A stretch of DNA of 32,000 nt, taken from the NCBI GenBank assembly GCA_963718585.1, contig OY970357.1:210001-242000 (forward strand), read 5' to 3'. The notes below the pieces were generated by a model that saw nothing but the letters and a program-made list of their open reading frames with translations, made no database searches and was not told the DNA's origin. Below, piece by piece: positions 15,701 through 21,975 of this stretch (the stretch's first letter is position 1; the number at the start of each line of letters is the position of its first letter). This DNA comes from Candidatus Saccharimonadota bacterium (lineage in GTDB: Bacteria > Patescibacteriota > Patescibacteriia > 2-12-FULL-60-25). Both the position numbers and the translations under genes were made by a program.

Positions 15701-16247
15701 TGACCATCTTCCGCAAACTCTCGCGGACGCTGTTGAGGCCGTTGACGGCCGTCCGTCGTCCCGCGGCAAGTTTTTTTCGATCTTCGTCCCAGTTCTGATA
15801 TTGCGATGACTTCCAATCCTGATATCGCGTTTTGAAGTCAGAGAACCGTTCCGAGAATCGGTCTGCGGCGCGTTTGCGTTCCGCGCGGCCCGCTTTGCCT
15901 TTGAGCTTCTGTGTGTCTTCCAGGGCTTTGCGCGCGTGTTGGAGATCGAAGAAGGAACCGGCGAGGGAGCTGTTCAGGGAGCCGAGTTCCGGATTCCATT
16001 TACTCTGGACGTCATTGGAGAGATTTCGGACCACGGATCCGAATTGGGTGAAGCCGGCGCTCGTGCGCGATGCGAGATTATCCGCATTCGTCGTGCCGGA
16101 TCTGGAGACATCATCAAACTTCCCCACGATGCCATCGAGGGGCGTTGCGTATTTGTCGAGGCCGAGATTCGCCCGAGCACCGAGCGAGGAGATCTGATCG
16201 ACGCTATCTCCGAGCGACTCCAGCGGCTGAAATGCGGCATTGTCCAT
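12756..16247 (-). CDS. Giant (1163-aa) Ala/Gln/Glu/Arg/Thr-rich, probably coiled-coil protein with a C-terminal Cys-rich two-helix membrane tail; no family recognised
   Basis: ORF 12756-16298. The TTG 16298 start lies inside the clpC terminator, so ATG 16247 is preferred. There is no N-terminal signal peptide. The C-terminus reads VGISLLVLILQLNLQFVYKYFV...SCPEDMLTVCVDMGICANSLFMPPQCCCTFVVIIVVAILGYAGSLLF. Confidence 0.75.
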   Translation of the reverse strand: MDNAAFQPLESLGDSVDQISSLGARANLGLDKYATPLDGIVGKFDDVSRSGTTNADNLASRTSAGFTQFGSVVRNLSNDVQSKWNPELGSLNSSLAGSFFDLQHARKALEDTQKLKGKAGRAERKRAADRFSERFSDFKTRYQDWKSSQYQNWDEDRKKLAAGRRTAVNGLNSVRESLRKMVNDHPDDADLKGLVGSLTNVKKALLRGDLTEIELPGGGKFDPDKQTFKDYVRSWRGAVEHKQGELKKEAQKESSEAATKTPPTATRPAEASAAPTEAAARGEATDRTVRGETPATRPKTEQDRSLEAIDREWTRITEETAAGAPAPAAVSVAPKDETDERIEELATEANEAVLKGPDLDRENTQRIENTLATMRRVSTNLQTLSDETATKKTPQRAQSPTNTAIDEKLEKIATLRKGIDDYATKVDRSSTRVVTAPDGTKAVERVLSSDANAEAEDGLRQAVERAAPQTKVAPQAPEAVTLSQIQQESAEVARVAEEQIQKPLDATLRYSDRLPTFQKDVDTKIAALSDVDQRIMDLQRRIKQTSFPSGIVSGSPAAAAALGRLNDLQANIQRALTRLPELRIPPPEVPNIPAAIAADTEVIAHIQAPIARSASVLQAAATITTPSVGTALAPLAAVAGSALAAASALTAQQQRTATATLNGLAQQANTVLAQVRANATTGAGGHLVVPEARRSAIRDQIRNVRSHIRDAAASGPVDQRFQDLDTYLQTYQDGVVHFNGQLPEDAASLQRIETWEQDQSLPVVAPSAPIGTELETNAPAPPTAVTRGEQEQEFASVLDQTRARMTHAQQRPGPQAPPPPELGRMGPQQIRGIGPEGAPLGAAMGLLALQRRSTVARERGGNTEIPTLSRDTPLSDNSISFGAGGGGGAVEQPLLGSTSMEEPFQSYAAGGAAIPPPIAGAGVGETLTPEEETERARALRVQQMRTQRQFLGQAEGAPTAEALPPFEVTQAEVPYIEEIEEEEEMEGPDESAQARRYESQRQRDFQKKARERVQQELKKRVLKLTQQAAKTGAKATQAGARGALEMTELGTAPEDVGISLLVLILQLNLQFVYKYFVKGIGFAAKQSNIEDPLIASGVQKGMALAEMFEQSCPEDMLTVCVDMGICANSLFMPPQCCCTFVVIIVVAILGYAGSLLFHITKLF

Positions 16248-16262
16248 GCCGTGATCATTATA
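16248..16262 (-). promoter_or_regulatory. Consensus -10 box TATAAT, 9 nt upstream of ATG 16247
   Basis: The minus strand reads gggTATAATgatcacggcATG (box at 16262-16257). No good -35 element. It follows the clpC terminator. Confidence 0.35.
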
Positions 16263-16296
16263 CCCGCTGCGCGCGATGTGGGGAGGAGGGGAGACC

Positions 16297-16324
16297 AAAA
16301 ACGGAAGCGAGGTTCGCTTCCGTT
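16297..16324 (-). terminator. Rho-independent terminator of clpC
   Basis: Perfect 11-bp stem (16300-16310 pairs with 16314-16324) with a 3-nt loop. On the minus strand it is followed by a T-run (tcgcttccgtttttgg). It lies 16 nt after the clpC stop codon. Confidence 0.75.
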
Positions 16325-16340
16325 CGGGATCAGCCGTCTT

Positions 16341-18809
16341 TTACCGCGCTTTGAGTCCGGTGGCGGTCGCGGTCAGGGCGAGTTTCCGTTTGCGAGGTTT
16401 TTCAGCGAGGAGTTTGGAGATGAGTGCCGTGACCTCGCGTTCAACGATCCGTCGGATGGCCCGCGCGCCTTCCTCCGGCGGCATGGGCTGTTGGAGAAGC
16501 CACTCCAAGACGTCGTCCCCTGCGGAGCAGGCGACGCGCTGAGCTTTTTCGACGCGCACGAGGATCTCATCCAGTTCCCGTTTGAGGATGGCGCGCATCA
16601 CTTCTTTCTTCAGCGGTTTGAAGACGACGACGCGGTCGAGGCGGTTCAGGAGCTCCGGTCGGAGTCGCTGGGCCAGTTCGTCTTTGACCACGGACTCGAA
16701 TTCATCATTCGCATCGCCGAAGCCGAGTGCTTTTTTGCCCAGCCGATCGCTGCCGATATTCGAGGTCAGGATGACGTAGGTATGGCGGAAGCTGACCGGC
16801 CGGCCGGTGCTGTCCGTGATCTTTCCGTCTTCCAGGATCTGGAGCAGGACGTTCTGCACATCGCCGTGTGCCTTCTCGAATTCGTCGAAGAGCACCACGC
16901 TGTGCGGACGTTTGCGTACCGTGTCCGAAAGTTTATTCGCGTCACGGTAGCCGACATACCCCGCGGGCGCGCCAATGAGTTTTGAGACCGTGTGTCCTTC
17001 GGAGAATTCGGTCATGTCGATCTTGATGAGCGCGCCTTCGCGACCGAAGATCTCTTTCGCGAGCAGGCGGGCGGTCTCGGTCTTCCCTGTGCCGGACGGA
17101 CCGACAAGGAGGATCGCGGCCTTCGGCCGGTTCGGGTCACCGAGACCGAGGCGCGAACGCGTGACCACGTCCGCGATGGCCGCAAGTCCTTCGTCTTGGC
17201 CGACGATCGTCTGTTGGAGGTTTGCTTGGAGCGCACGAAGCCGCTGACGTTCGGTCGCGAGGACGGTCTCAAGATCGATCCCGGTCGCGCGCGCGACCAC
17301 GCGGGCCACGTCTTCTGCGGTCACGTTCGGACGGTCCTTGCTGCGCGCTTCCTCCGCGGCCTTGGCCAGTGCGGCGTGTTCCTTGGCGTACCGCTCTGCT
17401 TCTTCCGCATACCGTTCAGCTTCCTGCAATTCGCCATTGTTCACCGCTTCTGCCTTGGCTTCTTCCGCGGCGCGCAAAGCGATCTCCAGCGAGGTCAGTC
17501 GTTCCATCCGTTCACTCGATTTTCGGCGCGCGTTGACGTGCGCGGCCGCCTCATCGATGAGGTCGATCGCCTTGTCCGGGAAATGTCGGTCCGTGAGATA
17601 TCGTTCGGCCAACAGGACCGCAGCCGGTAGGACCTCGGGCTCGTATGTCACTTTGTGATATTCGGCATAGAACTCCACGACCCCCTTGAGGATCCCGAGG
17701 GTGGCTTCCGTGGATGGCTCCTCGACCGTGACGGCTTGGAAACGGCGCTCCAGCGCGGCGTCCGGTTCGATGAACTTCTTATATTCGGCCCAGGTCGTCG
17801 CGCCGACGCAGCGGATCTCGCCACGAGCGAGTGCGGGTTTGAGGATGTTGGCCGCATCGAGCGAACCGGTGGTGGAGCCGGCACCTACGATGTTGTGGAC
17901 CTCGTCGATGAAGAGGATGACGTTCGGATCGTTCCGCGCTTCATCCATGATCTGCTTCAAGCGCGCTTCGAATTCACCGCGGTACATGGTGCCGGCGACG
18001 GTGAGTGCGAGGTCGAGGGAGAGGAGGCGCTTCCCGCGCAGGATGTCCGGCACATCGCCACTGGCGAGCCGCTTGGCCAGTCCTTCGACGATCGCGGTCT
18101 TCCCGACACCTGGTTCGCCGAGGAGGACGGGATTGTTCTTGGTGCGACGGCAGAGGATCTCGACCATGCGTTCCAACTCGGTCTCGCGTCCGATCACCGG
18201 ATCAAGCGAGTCTGCGATCTCCTGTTTGGTGAGTTCACGCGTGAACGATTCGAGTGCGGAGACGCGCGGGGCGCGCTGCGACTGTGCCGGACGAGGGAGG
18301 TCGCCGATGCGCGCGTCCGGTTCTTCCGGCATCTCGTTCACGCCGCCGAGTTCCGGGAAGCGCGACGTCGACTTGAGGACCTGGATCAATTGCTCGCGCA
18401 ACGCGCCGAGATTGACGCCCTGCGCCTCAAGGAAGACGTTCAGCTCCGTGAATCCGCCTTCGAGGACCGCGGCGAGCAGATGTTCCGTCCCGACGTATTT
18501 ATGTTCGTACAGATGTGCGGTCAGGACGCACTTTTCGATCACGCGTTTGACGGCCGGGGAGAGATCCGGGGTCGCGACCGCGTCACTTTGGGACGGCGTT
18601 CCACGGAAGGCGTCTTCCGCCTTTGCGAGCGCCACACCCTGCTTCAACAGGATCTCCGCGCCGATCGAGCCTTTTTCATGTAAAAGGCCGACGATGAGAT
18701 CGCCAGGCTCGACAAGCTCGCGGCCATTCAGGATCGCAAAGCTCAGCGCTTTTTGGAGCGCTTCTTTCAGGTGGGTGGTGAATCGGTCGAGGAGGTCAGG
18801 AGTCAGCAT
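16341..18809 (-). CDS. clpC: ATP-dependent Clp protease ATP-binding subunit, ClpC-like class I AAA+
   Basis: 822 aa. Clp_N repeats at the N-terminus, Walker A GEPGVGKT in D1, a short coiled-coil M domain, GPSGTGKT in D2 and an ALGFG candidate ClpP-docking loop. Confidence 0.9.
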   Translation of the reverse strand: MLTPDLLDRFTTHLKEALQKALSFAILNGRELVEPGDLIVGLLHEKGSIGAEILLKQGVALAKAEDAFRGTPSQSDAVATPDLSPAVKRVIEKCVLTAHLYEHKYVGTEHLLAAVLEGGFTELNVFLEAQGVNLGALREQLIQVLKSTSRFPELGGVNEMPEEPDARIGDLPRPAQSQRAPRVSALESFTRELTKQEIADSLDPVIGRETELERMVEILCRRTKNNPVLLGEPGVGKTAIVEGLAKRLASGDVPDILRGKRLLSLDLALTVAGTMYRGEFEARLKQIMDEARNDPNVILFIDEVHNIVGAGSTTGSLDAANILKPALARGEIRCVGATTWAEYKKFIEPDAALERRFQAVTVEEPSTEATLGILKGVVEFYAEYHKVTYEPEVLPAAVLLAERYLTDRHFPDKAIDLIDEAAAHVNARRKSSERMERLTSLEIALRAAEEAKAEAVNNGELQEAERYAEEAERYAKEHAALAKAAEEARSKDRPNVTAEDVARVVARATGIDLETVLATERQRLRALQANLQQTIVGQDEGLAAIADVVTRSRLGLGDPNRPKAAILLVGPSGTGKTETARLLAKEIFGREGALIKIDMTEFSEGHTVSKLIGAPAGYVGYRDANKLSDTVRKRPHSVVLFDEFEKAHGDVQNVLLQILEDGKITDSTGRPVSFRHTYVILTSNIGSDRLGKKALGFGDANDEFESVVKDELAQRLRPELLNRLDRVVVFKPLKKEVMRAILKRELDEILVRVEKAQRVACSAGDDVLEWLLQQPMPPEEGARAIRRIVEREVTALISKLLAEKPRKRKLALTATATGLKAR

Positions 18810-18973
18810 AGGTTGCGGACGCGCGCGTTCGGCGCATAACAGTGTCGCTCGCTGCGGTTCGTGCTCATCGTACGTTTCAGTACGCTTCGCATGATCCTCG
18901 CTCGCTTCGCGTTCTGCATCCGAACGCCCACGTCCGATGATTGAAGACTAGCGTGATATGAAGGGTTTGACTA
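18810..18973 (-). promoter_or_regulatory. clpC promoter and long structured 5' leader
   Basis: Minus strand: TAGTCA (18973-18968), 17-nt spacer, TAGTCT (18950-18945), each inside a CGCTAGTC direct repeat. A 16-nt inverted repeat (14/16 matching) pairs 18920-18935 with 18817-18832. Its 3' arm ends 7 nt before the ATG. Confidence 0.35.
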
Positions 18974-19870
18974 GCGATTATCCGCCATCCCGCGGAGCTT
19001 GGCGATACGTTCGTTGATCGGTGGATGGGTGGAGAAAAGTCCGGAGAGACGTTGGGAGACCGAAGGTGACGAGGGTTCCGAGATCCAGAGGTGATTCGTT
19101 GCGGGCGAGGTCTTGTGCATGGGGATCGCCGCATCGCGGATCTTCTCAAGCGCGCGGGCCAGACCTTCGGGATAGCGGGTGAGGAGTGCGCCCGAGGCGT
19201 CTGCGAGATATTCGCGTCGCCGGGAGATCGCAAGTTTGATGAGTTGGCCGATGAGCGGGGAGAGGACGAGGAAGAGGATCCCGATGATCGCGAGGACCCC
19301 GCCGGAGCTGTCGCGTCCGCGGCGACGGCCGAAGCCGAAGCGGAGGAATTGATGCCCGATGAGCGTGAGCGCGCCGACGAGCACGACGACGAGCATCATG
19401 AATCGCGTATCAAAGTTCTTCACGTGCGACATCTCATGTGCGAGCACGCCTTCGAGCTCGGTCCGGTCCATTAGGAGGAGGAGGCCGGTCGTGACCGCGA
19501 CGCTCGCGTGCTGGGGATCGCGTCCGGTCGCGAACGCATTCGGGGATTGGTCTTCAATGATGTAGACGCGCGGCATGGGAAGACCGTCCGTGATGCAGAG
19601 GTTCTCGACCGCGTTCCAGAGCGTCGGGAACTGGGTGCGATCCGTGAGCTCGACCGCGCCGTTCGTCGACAGGGCGATCTTGTCGCCGGCGAACCAGCTG
19701 ACGAGGGTCATACCGATAGAGATCACGAGTGCGATGATGAGCGGCGCGGTCCCGGTATCTGTCACGACATATCCGTAGACCCAGCCCGCGAACGCCAAAA
19801 ATCCTGTAAAGAGGGCGATCAGGATCCACGAACGTCGTTTGTTAGCATCGATCTGGGCGTACATATACAA
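18971..19870 (-). CDS. htpX: Zinc metalloprotease HtpX (peptidase M48)
   Basis: 299 aa. TM helices and HEMSHV (HExxH). Typical HtpX N-terminus with KRRSWILIALF. The ORF starts at TTG 19870; an in-frame ATG at 19864 is an alternative. Confidence 0.9.
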   Translation of the reverse strand: MYMYAQIDANKRRSWILIALFTGFLAFAGWVYGYVVTDTGTAPLIIALVISIGMTLVSWFAGDKIALSTNGAVELTDRTQFPTLWNAVENLCITDGLPMPRVYIIEDQSPNAFATGRDPQHASVAVTTGLLLLMDRTELEGVLAHEMSHVKNFDTRFMMLVVVLVGALTLIGHQFLRFGFGRRRGRDSSGGVLAIIGILFLVLSPLIGQLIKLAISRRREYLADASGALLTRYPEGLARALEKIRDAAIPMHKTSPATNHLWISEPSSPSVSQRLSGLFSTHPPINERIAKLRGMADNR

Positions 19871-19931
19871 AGACGGCAGCCGCGTGACGGAGACGGACAG
19901 GCCGTCTGGAACCGTCTACGGTCTGCCGTCT
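19871..19931 (-). other. Nested GC-rich hairpin built from AGACGG/CCGTCT units between lemA and htpX
   Basis: Outer stem agacggcag (19871-19879) pairs with ctgccgtct (19923-19931). Inner stems are gacgg (19886-19890) with ccgtc (19912-19916), and agacgg (19891-19896) with ccgtct (19902-19907). Confidence 0.5.
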
Positions 19932-19940
19932 CCAATGGGT

Positions 19941-20534
19941 TCAGAATTTCACCTGCGGGTTGGCTTTTTCTGCTTCTGCAGCTTCGAAGAACTCGCGGGA
20001 TTTGAAGCCAAGCATGTTGCCCATCATATTGGTGGGGAACACCTGTAACTTCGTGTTGAAGTCGCGCACATTGCCGTTGTAGAAGCGGCGTGCAGCCTGG
20101 ATCTTGTCTTCCGTGTCCGTCAGCTTCTGCTGGAGATCGAGGAAGTTCTGGTTGGCCTTCAACTCCGGATAGGCTTCGGAGAGCGCGAAGATGCTCTTCA
20201 GCGTTTGGCTGAGCATGTTCTCGGCCTGGGCCTTGTCTGCCATGCCAGACGCGTTCATGGCCGCAGACCGGGCCTGCGTCACTTTTTCGAACGTGCCGGC
20301 CTCGTGAGCGGCATACCCTTTGACCGTCTCCACCAGGTTGGGGATGAGGTCGTACCGGCGCTTGAGTTGGACATCGATGTCCGACCAAGCTTCGTCGGTC
20401 CGGTTCTTAAGCGTGATCAGGCCGTTATAGGTCATGATGACCCAGAACGCGATCACGGCGAGGATGATAATGATCCACACCGTCAGGCTCATATAGTTGG
20501 AAAATGGTTTAGCGGATGTTACGCTCATCACCAT
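19941..20534 (-). CDS. lemA: LemA family protein
   Basis: 197 aa. N-terminal TM, then YNGLITLKNRTDEAWSDIDVQLKRRYDLIPNLVETVKGYAAHE, the typical LemA signature. The start may be ATG 20528 (TAAGCT box at 20540-20535). Confidence 0.9.
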   Translation of the reverse strand: MVMSVTSAKPFSNYMSLTVWIIIILAVIAFWVIMTYNGLITLKNRTDEAWSDIDVQLKRRYDLIPNLVETVKGYAAHEAGTFEKVTQARSAAMNASGMADKAQAENMLSQTLKSIFALSEAYPELKANQNFLDLQQKLTDTEDKIQAARRFYNGNVRDFNTKLQVFPTNMMGNMLGFKSREFFEAAEAEKANPQVKF

Positions 20535-20583
20535 AGCTTAACCGTCCACTTTTGTCGACGGTCCAACCCCCATCTTCTCCTCT

Positions 20584-21975
20584 ATGGATCGCACCCTCGC
20601 CTCCGCGTTCAAAGCCTACGATATCCGGGGCCTTTCTCCCGAAACCATTGATTCTGCCTTTGCGAGGCGGCTTGGGAAGGCCATCGCCTATCGCTATCAG
20701 CCGAAAAAGGTGCTTGTGGGCCGGGATATGCGGACGACCTCGTTCCCGCTTGAGGCCGCACTCATCGAGTCCCTGACCGCCTCCGGTGTGGATGTGGTCC
20801 GGATCGGTCTTTGTTCAACTCCGATGTTCAATATCCTCCTGGGACTGGCCAACCATGAGTACGATCTGGGGGTAATGGTCACGGCGTCGCATAATCCCGG
20901 CAAGTACAATGGGTTCAAACTGACGCTCGGAGATTGTTTGCCGGTCGGGGAAGGGAATGGCATGGAGGAGCTCCGGGACGCTTTTCTGGAAGAGAAGGAA
21001 TCCCCTTCGTCTCGGAGCGGCACCGCAGTCGATGACCCGGGGGCGATGGAGCGATACATCGAACACATCCTGTCGGTCGCGCGTTTACCCGCGAGCATGC
21101 CGAAGATCAAGGTCGCGATCGATGCAGGGAACGGCATGGCTGGAGCGATCCTGCCGCGTCTGTTGTCCAAGTGTCCGTGGATCGACGCGCTCCCGTTGTT
21201 CTTCGAACTGGATGGGACGTTCCCGAATCATGAAGCGAATCCCTTGAAGGCGGAGACACTGACCGATCTCAAAAAGACGGTGACGACCGAGCATTGTGCA
21301 CTGGGTGTGGCATTCGATGGTGATGCGGATCGCGTCGGTTTTGTGGACGAGACGGGGATGCAGATCCCCGGGGATCTCCTCACTGCTTTCTTTGCGCAGG
21401 AGATGCTCTCGGTGCATCCGGGCGGGTTGGTGCACTACGACGTTCGTTCATCATGGACCGTTCCCGAGGTCGTGGCCGAAGCGGGCGGGACGTCCGAGCC
21501 CTGCAAAGTCGGCCATGCGAACATCAAAAAGCTCATGCGGCAGGACGGGGCGATCTTCGCGGGCGAAGTGAGCATGCACTTCTATTTCAAGGAATTGTGG
21601 AACTGCGAATCCGGGGATCTTGCCATGCTCCTCATGCTCCGGCGACTCGCGCGGACGGGAAAGAACCTCTCCGAACTCTGGGCACCATTACGTCGTTATG
21701 CGCACTCGGATGAGATCAACTTCGAGGTCAGTGATAAGAAAGCGGTGATCGCGTTGCTCAAGGAGGTGTATGGATCCAAAGCGTCGTCCGTGAGTACGCT
21801 CGACGGGATCCGTCTCGAATTCCGCGACCCAAAGGACCCGGCCGGGGATTGGTGGTTCAATGTGCGTGCATCGAACACTGAACCGTTGTTGCGCTTGAAC
21901 GTCGAAGCGCGCACCGAGGACGTGATGCGTGCGCGCCTTAGCGAGTTGGAGGGGAAGATCCACCAAGCTGCGTGA
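20584..21975 (+). CDS. Phosphomannomutase/phosphoglucomutase family (alpha-D-phosphohexomutase)
   Basis: 463 aa. FKAYDIRG at the N-terminus, active-site loop TASHNPGKYNGFK and Mg site FDGDADR. Substrate specificity cannot be told from sequence alone. Confidence 0.9.
   Translation: MDRTLASAFKAYDIRGLSPETIDSAFARRLGKAIAYRYQPKKVLVGRDMRTTSFPLEAALIESLTASGVDVVRIGLCSTPMFNILLGLANHEYDLGVMVTASHNPGKYNGFKLTLGDCLPVGEGNGMEELRDAFLEEKESPSSRSGTAVDDPGAMERYIEHILSVARLPASMPKIKVAIDAGNGMAGAILPRLLSKCPWIDALPLFFELDGTFPNHEANPLKAETLTDLKKTVTTEHCALGVAFDGDADRVGFVDETGMQIPGDLLTAFFAQEMLSVHPGGLVHYDVRSSWTVPEVVAEAGGTSEPCKVGHANIKKLMRQDGAIFAGEVSMHFYFKELWNCESGDLAMLLMLRRLARTGKNLSELWAPLRRYAHSDEINFEVSDKKAVIALLKEVYGSKASSVSTLDGIRLEFRDPKDPAGDWWFNVRASNTEPLLRLNVEARTEDVMRARLSELEGKIHQAA

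Noticed and set aside
16248-16298. TTG 16298 as the start of the giant gene
   Set aside because: The codon lies within the clpC terminator hairpin and T-run. ATG 16247 follows a TATAAT box.
5377-16298. A complete type IV secretion or conjugation locus, a prophage or a transposon
   Set aside because: No VirB4/VirD4/VirB6/relaxase, integrase, transposase or phage structural genes are recognisable. Only the pilin-like anchors point to T4SS ancestry.
15936-18894. Long plus-strand ORFs (15936-16985, 16992-17630, 17655-18683, 17686-18894)
   Set aside because: They are antisense to the giant gene and to clpC. Their composition is skewed toward Arg, Gly, Asp and Ser, they have no start-site signals, and clpC on the other strand is unambiguous.
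18940-18980. CtsR operator upstream of clpC
   Set aside because: There is only one AGTCAAA-like heptad. The second repeat unit is TAGTCTT and the spacing (23 nt) does not fit the tandem GGTCAAA-NAN-GGTCAAA operator. It is treated as promoter or direct repeat instead.
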